Source: a virus. From it: DNA of 64,000 nt. This document shows, in pieces, positions 38,418 through 48,867 of the stretch. The stretch covers positions 1-64,000 of the IMG/VR virus record IMGVR_UViG_3300000228_000003; one strand, 5' to 3'. Positions within the stretch are counted from its first letter, which is position 1; each line of letters starts with the position of its first letter. Below the pieces are notes generated by a model, which saw only the letters and a list, made by a program, of their open reading frames with translations, was not told the origin of the DNA and did no database searches. Both the position numbers and the translations under genes were made by a program.

Positions 38418-40019
38418 ATGATAAGCAATAAACGTGTATACACTATGGAAAATAACGCATTTGATAGCAGCGATGACCATATATTAAGTGTTGATGGTGA
38501 CGAAAGTACTGCTATATCTTTTAGTAGTAATAATGAAGATGATACAGATATTAGTTTAGAAGAACTAGATACATATACAAGAAACTATCTTAATGGGTAT
38601 TTAGCGTTATCTAATGCTAAAGCTTATGCTGTAGAACATAGTAGTACACCGCTTGGTTTAAAGGTATTAACTACAACATTAGAAATGGTTAATAGTACAT
38701 TAAAACTAAAATCTAAAGATACATATGTTATTACTGTAGAAAGCAATACTTATTTAAGCTATACTATTACGATTGAAGCAGCTGATGGTATGATGTCTAA
38801 AATATGGGAAGGTATAAAAACATTCTTTAAAAAGATATGGGATGGCATAACTTCATTATTTAGTAAAACTAAAAGTAAAAATGCAGAAGAAGTTAAAAAA
38901 ATAGAAACTTCTTCTGCAGAGATTGTTAATTTACAAAAACAAGTAGAAGCCACTAAAACTATAGAGGTGGAAGATGTTTTATCAGTAGAAGTTTCTATGG
39001 GGTTAGTTAAACCATTATCAGGCTTTATATATAAAAACCCTACTATAACTATACAGCAATTACAAACTAACATAGCGGCGTATTTTTCGTATACAGCTAG
39101 TAATGGACACCCAATACTTGCTTTCATCGACACATTGACTAGTTCGATAAATAGTATAATATCAATTATGCAAGCTATACCATCTGGTCCTGCAACAGAT
39201 ACAAATAGCGTTATTAAAATGACCAGTTCAGAAGCGGAAGTTAAGATAAACGAAGTATTATTAAAAAATGGCTTTGCAAAGTATTCTGGATTAGTTACTA
39301 AGTTAAATATAGATGTTAGTAAATTAAATGGAGATACTTCGTTTATTAGTAATAAATACTATATACCACTAGGTATTCATAATGATGAATTCTATATATA
39401 TATTATAGGCACTAAAGATTTTCCTGGCGAGGATAAAGATAGATATAAATCTAGTATTGAAAAACTCACTATAAAACCAGAGGTGTATAGTAAGATAAGA
39501 TTACCTGTTATGAAAAACGAGAATGATATTAGTGTATATTCCAAGACGGCTGAGACATGGAGCAATGCAGTAACAAGTACTAGTAATAGTGTAGACACTG
39601 TTAAAAATAAAACCAATGAGCTTTTAAATAAAGTAGATGCAGAAGTAAAAAGACAAAATGATAATATACCTAGAAATTTCATAGACTTTGCAAACACTAT
39701 AATAACAGGTTATTTGTCAGCACTAAATATCTACGCACATCGATTATATGGTACAGACCTTATTACTTTAAGTAACTATTTCGATGCAGTAAAAGACCAT
39801 TATAATGCAGCATTAGCTGTTAAAAATGAAAAAGCAGCAACTAATCAAGCAGAAGCGGATAAAACAGCAACTAACCAAGCAGCAGCTAACCAAGCAGAAG
39901 TTGATAAAGCAGCAGCTGACCAAGCAGCGGCTAACCAAGCAGCAGCGGATAAAGCGGAAGCTGATAAACCCAAGGGCTTTATTAACAGGGCTAAAAACTT
40001 TTTAGGTAGTAAAAAATGA
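38418..40019 (+). CDS. Internal head protein paralog 2, with C-terminal Ala-rich repeats
   Basis: ISLE and ITIE sites, helix MSKIWEGIKTFFKKIWDGITSLF. Confidence 0.72.
   Translation: MISNKRVYTMENNAFDSSDDHILSVDGDESTAISFSSNNEDDTDISLEELDTYTRNYLNGYLALSNAKAYAVEHSSTPLGLKVLTTTLEMVNSTLKLKSKDTYVITVESNTYLSYTITIEAADGMMSKIWEGIKTFFKKIWDGITSLFSKTKSKNAEEVKKIETSSAEIVNLQKQVEATKTIEVEDVLSVEVSMGLVKPLSGFIYKNPTITIQQLQTNIAAYFSYTASNGHPILAFIDTLTSSINSIISIMQAIPSGPATDTNSVIKMTSSEAEVKINEVLLKNGFAKYSGLVTKLNIDVSKLNGDTSFISNKYYIPLGIHNDEFYIYIIGTKDFPGEDKDRYKSSIEKLTIKPEVYSKIRLPVMKNENDISVYSKTAETWSNAVTSTSNSVDTVKNKTNELLNKVDAEVKRQNDNIPRNFIDFANTIITGYLSALNIYAHRLYGTDLITLSNYFDAVKDHYNAALAVKNEKAATNQAEADKTATNQAAANQAEVDKAAADQAAANQAAADKAEADKPKGFINRAKNFLGSKK
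39834..39968 (+). repeat. Nine degenerate 15-bp coding repeats
   Basis: AATNQ AEADK TATNQ AAANQ AEVDK AAADQ AAANQ AAADK AEADK. Confidence 0.85.
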
Positions 40020-42388
40020 TAACTAGTAACATATTAAAAAAAGGTGTAATTAAAACACCAGGCAGAGTAGATGTTTTAAACATTCCACAGTTTATGGATT
40101 ATAATATTGAATTACAAAATATAGAAGCAACGCTAGAACAAGCTTCTGTAATGATTAATACTTTAGATATCTATGTGAATACTATTAATAAATTTAAAGA
40201 CGCTAGTTCCTTACAGGAGTATAATAAAGCTTTTTGTAGAATAACTAATTTAAATTATGTACCAACAGTCGCATTAGAAAGCATAACTCGCGTTAATACG
40301 GCGGTGGCGTATATTATTACTATGGAAGAGAGTAAATCTCTTATAGGAAGAATGTACGAAAGTATTAAGAACTTCATAATGAATATCTTTAGATGGATTA
40401 AAGGTCTATTTGTTAGTACTAAAAAAGATGTTGAAAATAATGAAGATAAATTAGACAAAATAGATGGTCAGACATCTAGTACTAAAGCAAGAACAGGTAT
40501 AGACGAAATGCCAGCTGACATTAATGAAAAATATAGTAAAATGTTTGCTAGTTTAATCTACACTACACCTAATCTAACAGCACTAGAGCTTGAAACACTA
40601 ATAATCAAATATGGAAACCATATAGGAAGTGGTAGCATAAGTGACGTAATATTTTCATCAGCTACTACGGTAATAGATAATATAGTGAAAGAACAGACTA
40701 TTAAGGGTAGTTGGTTCAGTAAGGACACAAAACAACTAAAGTTTTTAAATAAGTATGATACTGTGCAAGAGTACATAGTTGAAAATATTAATAATAACGC
40801 GGCAATAAAACAAGCTAAAGCTAATATGCCGGTTATAATAGATAAAAGTAAATTAGAAGATGCAGAGGATGTAGATAGTCTAAATATAGTTCCATTAGGA
40901 TATAAAAATAGTACTATATTTGCTCTGTCACTAGGCACTAATGGACAAAGCGACGACCTTAATGACTATAAACCAGGTATAAAAAAATTTACTGTAAAAC
41001 AAAATGTTATAGATGCTATAAAGATACCGTTATTTACAGAAATAAACATAGCGCATACTAGTAGTAGACTTAGACAGTTAAATAGTAAAATTTTAAGTAA
41101 ACAAACAGAACTACTAGAAGTAACTGCACGTATAGAAGGATATATGACTAAGCTGAATATGGATATGAGCGAAGAGATTAGTGACTCACCTCGTTATACA
41201 TTAGCCGTTTCTACACTAAGTTATAGTTTAACATTATTAGGTACACTAGCTAATAGCGCACGCGTTGTTGTAGATACTGTTATTAATAATAGTATAAGTC
41301 ATTTTATATCTTATCTAGAAGATTGTATTAGTGTTTATAATAAACAAGCTGAAGAAGAAAAACAAAACACTGATAAAGAAGCAGCAGATAAAAAAGATGT
41401 AACTACAGAAAGCGTTCGCGATGCTGCTTTGGATTATTATACTATGAGTACTGATATTGCCCAAGGTTATTATGTAGGTAATCGTAAAAAAGAAGAAACA
41501 GAGAGTGTTATAAGTAAAAATAAAAATATAATATTAAAGGTAAATAAAAATAAAATACCTACATTACATTTTAATAAGAGTGACATTAATGAAATATCAA
41601 AATACACCCACGGTTTAAATGTTAATATTAATAATGGTATAATAAATAGTATGATAGAATATTTTGAGTTACTAGATAAGGTTATTGCTAACTCGCTAAT
41701 TATTATGTCAGATGTTAATAAAGGGATTTCTATATTTAGAAATATCATACTAGACACCATAAAGAAAGGCGAGTTACTAGACGCGGTAACTAATAATGAT
41801 ACATATAGCACATTATTTCCTATGACATTGGTACAACCGTTTATAAAAAGTGTTGATAATTACAATAAAAGTATAATACCATTACAGCACGGAGATAGCT
41901 TCGCTAAAACATCGAGTACTGTAGTACGGGTGCTGAACTATTATGCCTTTGGTGGTATAATGCGTAATTTATTAGAATATAAAAAAGTACTACCTATACC
42001 AGAACTATATACTGTAAAAGACACAGTTTTTGAAGAAAGTACTGTGCTAGAAGACAGGTATGTTAGTAAAATAACTACTGCATTACCTACTAATACTATA
42101 ATAAGTATAGTAGCTAAGTTAAATAGAGGTTTAGAAGTAGTACTTAATAATAGTTTTGATAACGAGAAACTTATGGAGTCCGTGTTAAAGGATATAACTG
42201 ATGCCGTTATTAAAAATAATAAAGACATAAGCTCTAGTAAAATAAAAAGTACACTAGCACATTTAACCAGAACAGGTGGTGAGTTAACTGGTATTAAATA
42301 TTATAACTATAATACACTAATTTATAGAAATAATATAGAAAACGCTATACAGAAAATATTTGAAGTTATAGAAAATAAAATAGATTGA
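40016..42388 (+). CDS. Internal head protein paralog 3 (790 aa, possibly two-domain)
   Basis: VALE and ITME sites, helix LIGRMYESIKNFIMNIFRWIKGLF; additional internal VTTE site. Confidence 0.7.
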   Translation: MITSNILKKGVIKTPGRVDVLNIPQFMDYNIELQNIEATLEQASVMINTLDIYVNTINKFKDASSLQEYNKAFCRITNLNYVPTVALESITRVNTAVAYIITMEESKSLIGRMYESIKNFIMNIFRWIKGLFVSTKKDVENNEDKLDKIDGQTSSTKARTGIDEMPADINEKYSKMFASLIYTTPNLTALELETLIIKYGNHIGSGSISDVIFSSATTVIDNIVKEQTIKGSWFSKDTKQLKFLNKYDTVQEYIVENINNNAAIKQAKANMPVIIDKSKLEDAEDVDSLNIVPLGYKNSTIFALSLGTNGQSDDLNDYKPGIKKFTVKQNVIDAIKIPLFTEINIAHTSSRLRQLNSKILSKQTELLEVTARIEGYMTKLNMDMSEEISDSPRYTLAVSTLSYSLTLLGTLANSARVVVDTVINNSISHFISYLEDCISVYNKQAEEEKQNTDKEAADKKDVTTESVRDAALDYYTMSTDIAQGYYVGNRKKEETESVISKNKNIILKVNKNKIPTLHFNKSDINEISKYTHGLNVNINNGIINSMIEYFELLDKVIANSLIIMSDVNKGISIFRNIILDTIKKGELLDAVTNNDTYSTLFPMTLVQPFIKSVDNYNKSIIPLQHGDSFAKTSSTVVRVLNYYAFGGIMRNLLEYKKVLPIPELYTVKDTVFEESTVLEDRYVSKITTALPTNTIISIVAKLNRGLEVVLNNSFDNEKLMESVLKDITDAVIKNNKDISSSKIKSTLAHLTRTGGELTGIKYYNYNTLIYRNNIENAIQKIFEVIENKID

Positions 42389-42421
42389 CTAAGATAAGAG
42401 GGATATCCCTCTTATCTTAGT
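42388..42421. terminator. 34-bp perfect palindrome, bidirectional terminator
   Basis: ACTAAGATAAGAGGGAT|ATCCCTCTTATCTTAGT between convergent genes. Confidence 0.8.
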
Positions 42422-42423
42422 AT

Positions 42424-45400
42424 TTAGTTAAAATATAAATTTATAGCACCTTTTTCTATTTGTTTAATAACAGCTATAGTTGTACTCATTAAGTCAGGCG
42501 AACCAACTATACGAGCAAATACGCTAGTGCCACTAAACTTTGCTTCTATAGGTATACCACTGTCTGTAGTTATATCTTCTGTAAAAACATGCCCAGCAGT
42601 AAATTTTAATTGGTTACAAAATATAAACTTATCGCCAGTACCTACGCTATCTAGTCTATCTATATATATCTTAATTTCTACAGCTTGTGGTTTTAACGGA
42701 ATACCTTTTATGCTATACGACCCATTTACTTTACCAGTGTATCCAGTGTTTGCTAATAAAAACTTATCAGATACATTAGCTATTTCTTGTAATGATTTAC
42801 TCAGTTCTAAAAACTCGCAGTTGTAGTATAATACTATTTTACTTATAGTTCCATTATATTTAGCTTTAGGGGAACTTTTAGCTATGTCTTGTAATATACT
42901 TAACGTTCGTTCGTCTATGTTGTGTCCACCGAGTATATTACTATTGTTTATAGTTAATAAAGGTTGTGTTGCTTTTATAACATCATTAACATTTACTATA
43001 TTATTTATATTCTGATTAGCTTCTACAACTATAGACCTAGTGTGCGTAACTTTAGTAGTTAACTTATTATTAAGCTTAGTAGACAACACACCTGAATCTT
43101 CTAGAGTAGCGGACTCTTCTGATATAGCAACTGTTACAACTGTACCTTGTTTATATATAACTTGGTTCTTTATAAAAACACTAGGTGTAAAAAAAGCAGC
43201 ATCATATGTAACTATGTCGTCTTCTTCTACAGTATCGCCAACTTTAAGAGAAGTTATTAGTTCGTGTGTATAACAGATATTAGCTTCTTCTTTAGATGTC
43301 CATTTGTACAATTTAAACTTATCTTCTTTTGTATTATTATATAGAATAGTTACAGTGTCTTTAGTAATACTTGTAACCTTGCCTTTACCTTTAGCCTTAC
43401 CTATAAATTTTATTCCAGCTTTATGCGATATCATATGTTCATATCCGGTGATAACATATGGTGTTTCGCTTCCTAGTATAGGTATAACATGAGACCCCAT
43501 TATGGCACTAAAATTAGAACGCTTAGGGTCATCGTATCTTGAAAACGGCATCAGTACACCAGTAGTAGATAGTATATTACTCCAAGTATCGTTATCTTGT
43601 AACAGTTTAGTTTTCCCTCTTATAGAAGTAACATTAGGTGTAGCAGATAGACCAGCAGTTATACCAACATCACCACTGTCTTTACTATGCTCACTAAGTA
43701 TACCTATGTCTTCTGGGAATATAGACCTTGTGTTTACAGACATCCCTTCTCTACTTCTACCACCAGCACCTAGGTATGTGATTTCTTCATTTTGCTTAAC
43801 ATTAGCCAGTGGATTTAAATCTTCTTCTAACATAACAGTACTATCTTCGTTTATAGCTTTTATAATACTATAAGGGTCAACATTCACGCGACTTTTAGTA
43901 TAGTTACTATTATTGTTATGTTCTTTTATAGCTTTTATAAGTTGTTTATACATTAACCCGGCTATACGTTCGTGTCCTTTAATAAGCATTCCGCTCGTGT
44001 CATTAGGATTTTCATACTTATCATTTTTTAATAATTCAGACGAACGTATCAATAACCCTATAAAGGTAGCTGGCTCTTCCATAGAGACCAATATCTCTTT
44101 AGTTATAGGGTCTACGTAAGAATTTTCTAATATGTTAATCTCGTTGATATAAGTAACAGCTAGCTGCATATCTGAGAAAATCTTCAAATAGGATATCTTA
44201 TTATTAAAACTATCAAAAGTGTTATTTTTCAAAACACTGTCTATGCTTAATAAACCAAATACTAAGTTGTCTTTATAATTATAACTTCTACTTAGTATTA
44301 AGTATTTATCTTTAAACTTTATAACTGTATTGTCTACAGCTAATGAACCTCTATCTACTTTATCAACAACTTTAAAAGTATACTTTAGTATATTTAATAT
44401 ATTAGTTAATCCTAAATAATACATTAATAAAAAGATTACCGGTATCTTGGTATTATAAATAGCAATACTAATAAACTCTACAGGTACTTTAGTTTTATCT
44501 ATCTCTAGTAAGTGATATATACTTTCATAAGTAATAGCATTATTTTTAGTTACTATTTTTATTAAATTATTTCTATCCATAGTTACATAGCTAACATTGT
44601 TACATCCTATTAATATTAAACCGTCTTTCTCAATACTAGCTAGTGGTATGTTTAATCCACCATTACTTAGTAATGCGGCTCTTTTAAAATAGTCGAATGT
44701 GTAATTTATGTTATTATATTCAAAAGCTTTAATGTATCTAGCGATAACACTGTAGTCATTAGGTAAATCTGCATTTTTGTTATCTACACCTAATTTTACT
44801 AGTTTTTTAAGATTAGGATTAGTGACGGCGATACTAACTAGTTGCTTATACACCCAAAAGCCAGCGTCATTAGTTTTATTAAAAGCTCTTGTTATAAAAA
44901 GTTTACCGTAGTAACTAGATAAAGCAACTTTATTCTTATCTATTTTACGTATAGGTATGTCTGATAACTGTTTACGCATAACATATGTGTTACCGCTTAA
45001 AATGAATCTACCATCTTCTCGTATTTCTGGCAATACTATTTTAATATTATTAGATACACCATTTAGCATAGTTAGTTTTACATCGTGTGTTATAGTACTA
45101 CCTAATATACTAGCTGTTTTATATGTACTATAACCAGAGATTAACGCGTTAGCAGCATTAACACTGAAGATGGTTTTTACTATATCATCGTTATAAAATT
45201 CTGATATATATTTTTTATTATAGTTATTGATTATAGCTTTAGTATCATTAGTTTTAAGCACAGGACTTTTTATATTAATAACTGTTTCATTTAGACTAAC
45301 ATCTTTTTTATTTTGTAAGATGTCTTTAACAGTCTGTGGACTATCTGGATATGGTTTAATATTAAGAGACTCTTTTAAAACGTTTTTATATACAGAACTA

Positions 45401-46722
45401 GCCTTCTTATTTATAATACCATTTTTTTCTAGAAGATCAATGTTATTATTAGATATATCTTCTAAAGTAGAAGTATCTTTATATATACTATCTATATCCG
45501 TATAGGTAGTGTCTTTATTAAGCTCAGTAATATTAATACCCTGTAGTGCTTGATTAAGTGTATTTAGTACATCAGTTTTTTCAATTTTATCAACATTAAT
45601 AGCAGCTTCGTCTTCTTTAGCTCTAATGTCTATGTTATTAAGTATAGTATCTAAATCAGATATATCACTACTGTTTTTATTATTTGTGGTACCAATAGTA
45701 GTAGAACCGTTAGTGATACCTAACATGATTTTATTATCAGTTTCTACATTATCTACTTCCGTATTAGGTGTATCTACTGTGTCTTCCATAAGTGTTTTTA
45801 TTTGCATATTGTATAGTAACACATATAAAAGTTTCTGTGCATCAGGTTTATTAACAGATATTAAATTTATTTTATTTTTAGTATCTTTATCTTTAATTAT
45901 TAGTGTTCTTAATGTATATAAGTTAATAGGCACTACACTGCTTTCTAACGTTAATAATAATACTGTGCTTTTACTTTTAATCTCGGTGATACCATTCAGT
46001 GTGCATAGCTTATCACTATTAACATCAAACATTCTATATAGATTTAGAAAATTAAGTTTATCAGCAGTATCAAAAGTGGACATAAAATCGCTAGTAGGTG
46101 TAGTTAGTTTTATATATTTAACTAATACTTGTCTTGTTATAGGTATACTAGGTAACTCTATTCTTATATAATTTACTCTATCTGTCTCTGTGTTATTTAT
46201 AGTATCAGCTAGTGTTACTTGTGTGTTATACCAATGGTAATAAGTGTTAAACCTGTGATTAGCATATTTATGTAGAAATGTAAGCGCAGTGTAATCTACT
46301 AATATAGTATCATTCTTATATATACTAACAGTACGCTGCTCGTATTTTAAATATTTAATATTAACACTCAATGTTTTATAGTCTGTTAGTAATTTATCAT
46401 AACTAATACTTTTTTTAGTATATGCTCCTAACGTAGTTCCTCTATAGTCATAAAGGTATTTATAATAAATATTACTTTTAGGGCTAGCAAGTATGTCGTT
46501 ATGTTTAATTCGTAATGGTACATCTGTTTCTGTTATGTAATGGTATATACTATTAAAAGGTAATATTAATGTACTACTATTAATTATTCTAGGTTGTAAG
46601 AAGTTACGTATGCCAATTAACCCATAACTACGATACCATAAGTCAGTAGGCATAATAGTATTTTCCATGGTTATAACATTGTCACGTGATTCAAATGTGT
46701 GGTGCAGTAATGTTGTAGACAT
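42424..46722 (-). CDS. Virion RNA polymerase beta subunit, large part (phiKZ gp178-like)
   Basis: ~1430 aa; GGRSREGM, DSGDVG, DDPKRSNFSAIMGSH, GTGDKFIFCNQLKFT; start set at ATG 46722 after AAGGA. Confidence 0.9.
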   Translation of the reverse strand: MSTTLLHHTFESRDNVITMENTIMPTDLWYRSYGLIGIRNFLQPRIINSSTLILPFNSIYHYITETDVPLRIKHNDILASPKSNIYYKYLYDYRGTTLGAYTKKSISYDKLLTDYKTLSVNIKYLKYEQRTVSIYKNDTILVDYTALTFLHKYANHRFNTYYHWYNTQVTLADTINNTETDRVNYIRIELPSIPITRQVLVKYIKLTTPTSDFMSTFDTADKLNFLNLYRMFDVNSDKLCTLNGITEIKSKSTVLLLTLESSVVPINLYTLRTLIIKDKDTKNKINLISVNKPDAQKLLYVLLYNMQIKTLMEDTVDTPNTEVDNVETDNKIMLGITNGSTTIGTTNNKNSSDISDLDTILNNIDIRAKEDEAAINVDKIEKTDVLNTLNQALQGINITELNKDTTYTDIDSIYKDTSTLEDISNNNIDLLEKNGIINKKASSVYKNVLKESLNIKPYPDSPQTVKDILQNKKDVSLNETVINIKSPVLKTNDTKAIINNYNKKYISEFYNDDIVKTIFSVNAANALISGYSTYKTASILGSTITHDVKLTMLNGVSNNIKIVLPEIREDGRFILSGNTYVMRKQLSDIPIRKIDKNKVALSSYYGKLFITRAFNKTNDAGFWVYKQLVSIAVTNPNLKKLVKLGVDNKNADLPNDYSVIARYIKAFEYNNINYTFDYFKRAALLSNGGLNIPLASIEKDGLILIGCNNVSYVTMDRNNLIKIVTKNNAITYESIYHLLEIDKTKVPVEFISIAIYNTKIPVIFLLMYYLGLTNILNILKYTFKVVDKVDRGSLAVDNTVIKFKDKYLILSRSYNYKDNLVFGLLSIDSVLKNNTFDSFNNKISYLKIFSDMQLAVTYINEINILENSYVDPITKEILVSMEEPATFIGLLIRSSELLKNDKYENPNDTSGMLIKGHERIAGLMYKQLIKAIKEHNNNSNYTKSRVNVDPYSIIKAINEDSTVMLEEDLNPLANVKQNEEITYLGAGGRSREGMSVNTRSIFPEDIGILSEHSKDSGDVGITAGLSATPNVTSIRGKTKLLQDNDTWSNILSTTGVLMPFSRYDDPKRSNFSAIMGSHVIPILGSETPYVITGYEHMISHKAGIKFIGKAKGKGKVTSITKDTVTILYNNTKEDKFKLYKWTSKEEANICYTHELITSLKVGDTVEEDDIVTYDAAFFTPSVFIKNQVIYKQGTVVTVAISEESATLEDSGVLSTKLNNKLTTKVTHTRSIVVEANQNINNIVNVNDVIKATQPLLTINNSNILGGHNIDERTLSILQDIAKSSPKAKYNGTISKIVLYYNCEFLELSKSLQEIANVSDKFLLANTGYTGKVNGSYSIKGIPLKPQAVEIKIYIDRLDSVGTGDKFIFCNQLKFTAGHVFTEDITTDSGIPIEAKFSGTSVFARIVGSPDLMSTTIAVIKQIEKGAINLYFN

Positions 46723-46823
46723 ATAAATCCTTATGAGTTGATTAATCATTTATCTATTTTTTTTATTTTAATAGTATAAAGAGTGCTGCTTTGTTGAATA
46801 TTTGGTATAAAGGAAAATAGAAC

Positions 46824-47360
46824 ATGAAAAAAGACAGTAAATATACGAAATGTATTAGCGATATAAAAGAGTTACAAGCTCATACAGAACAGGATAAATT
46901 AGTATTTGATGTTAATATATCAAGAGTTTTTATTAATATACTAGAATTAGGATATCATAGTAATAATATACAGATGTTTAGTAACATTAAAAATATAGAA
47001 CCTGACAGTAATAGACATAGTGGTATAAATAGTTATCATACACTAACAAGTCTAATAGTTGCTTTAAAAGATAAAAATAAGTTAATACCTTGGTATGGTA
47101 ATGACATAATATCTTTACTAATGAAATACTTATTAAATCCTAATAGTAATAATAAACCGGCGTTTCCTTGTGTACAAGACTTTGTAGAAACAGCTAAGTG
47201 TACTAATAAGTTAGAATATCTATTTCCTAAAGACGCTAAGTTACCTAGAACTAATATAGAAGAGATTGTTATTCTTTTAAGTAATATGCACACTAAGCAG
47301 TTAATAGATACGTTATATCCATTATTAACATGCGTGGTAACAAATGAACCAAATACATAG
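46824..47360 (+). CDS. Hypothetical protein
   Basis: 178 aa; AAGGA RBS. Confidence 0.65.
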   Translation: MKKDSKYTKCISDIKELQAHTEQDKLVFDVNISRVFINILELGYHSNNIQMFSNIKNIEPDSNRHSGINSYHTLTSLIVALKDKNKLIPWYGNDIISLLMKYLLNPNSNNKPAFPCVQDFVETAKCTNKLEYLFPKDAKLPRTNIEEIVILLSNMHTKQLIDTLYPLLTCVVTNEPNT

Positions 47361-48867
47361 AACACTATATGGTTTAGAAACCACAATAGATAGACCAAAT
47401 GCTATAATAGTAACTAATGGTATAAAAAGATTACTAGGTATTAGTAATAAGGAAATATACACAACATATACTATTGACGATACTACCTATAGAAGAAAAA
47501 CTAATACAGCTAAAGTTCAAGGTCAAAGTAATACCTATAATGAGTATATGAGTGTTACGTATAAAGAAGTAAGTCAAGATAGACAAGATGTATCATTACT
47601 AATATATAATCCATTTTTTACTCCTGTTTATAGGGACAAGAGTATAGAAACTATAATTAAACCACTTTATCACAAGAGAATGGTTACTATGGCAGTAAGG
47701 TATGGTAATAAATCTAAATCTTACATAACAGGACTTATCAATAGACTTAGACTAACTACTGCTAGAGAGTTATTTTATACATATCACGATTTAGAATACT
47801 CGTATGTAATAGAAGGAGATGCCCTTCTATTACTTATGGAGATATTAGAAAGAAAAAATAAGTATGAAAATACTAAACTAACATTAGAAGAGTACTTTAA
47901 TATATATTTTGATAAAAGACTTATAGTTAATTACTCACACACGGGTGATTTACACAAAGCCGAATATCTAGTTCGTGAAACACAGTTAGGTATAGCTGGA
48001 TTTATTAACGAAGATATGCACACTATAGAAGAAGAGTACGATGAAAATTTAAATTTACACTATGTAGAATTTACATATTCATTTAGATATGATAAACCAG
48101 TGTCTTTAGAGATAAAATACCCATCGATAGTATATAATCAACCACTACCATTAAAATACACTAGAACCATAGCTCCATCAGGTTGGGCTGAAATAGGTGA
48201 CGGTGTAAATCCTATACGTATAGAAGATATTTTATACAATGTAAGATTAGATGGTAAAACATATGTAACTATACCTAGGAACGATGTCGCTATACGTACA
48301 CCTGTACCAGACTATTATGTTAGGGTATTTACAACTATGATTATAGTGGAACCTCAAGACAGGTATACTCTTTTTAATCTAAATGAGATACCTTGTATAA
48401 GAATTAAACAATGTGTATATGATTGTTTAATTAAAAGTACTAGTACTGATATAAGTAAAAGAAGAAAACATCTTGTGTATATACAATTAATCGAAAATGA
48501 TAATAAAATAGAAGATGGTAAAATTTATGTAGATGAACTAGGTAATCTTAAAACGACGTTTGAGTTAGACATCACTAAGTTATATAGATTATCTTTTAAT
48601 GTTATGTATAATTTATCATACTTAGATATGGATGGTGAAAGTAATTTGAAGAACTGCGGTGACCAAGAGGACCCACTTAGCATGGTCAAGTGTGTGTTGT
48701 ACATGCTTGGTAAGACAGAAGACGAAATAGCACTTATACTAGCGAAGTGCCCTAATCAAGACGTAACGTGCTTGTGCACATTTTTACAATGTGCTGAGTA
48801 TAGATGGTTTTTAGTTCAAGTTGCTAGTACTATTATATTAAATATGCTGGAAGGAAAAGTAAACTAA
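47344..48867 (+). CDS. Putative virion structural protein (phiKZ-like)
   Basis: 507 aa; YDKPVSLEIKYPSIVYNQPLP motif; located in the structural cluster. Confidence 0.6.
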   Translation: MNQIHRTLYGLETTIDRPNAIIVTNGIKRLLGISNKEIYTTYTIDDTTYRRKTNTAKVQGQSNTYNEYMSVTYKEVSQDRQDVSLLIYNPFFTPVYRDKSIETIIKPLYHKRMVTMAVRYGNKSKSYITGLINRLRLTTARELFYTYHDLEYSYVIEGDALLLLMEILERKNKYENTKLTLEEYFNIYFDKRLIVNYSHTGDLHKAEYLVRETQLGIAGFINEDMHTIEEEYDENLNLHYVEFTYSFRYDKPVSLEIKYPSIVYNQPLPLKYTRTIAPSGWAEIGDGVNPIRIEDILYNVRLDGKTYVTIPRNDVAIRTPVPDYYVRVFTTMIIVEPQDRYTLFNLNEIPCIRIKQCVYDCLIKSTSTDISKRRKHLVYIQLIENDNKIEDGKIYVDELGNLKTTFELDITKLYRLSFNVMYNLSYLDMDGESNLKNCGDQEDPLSMVKCVLYMLGKTEDEIALILAKCPNQDVTCLCTFLQCAEYRWFLVQVASTIILNMLEGKVN

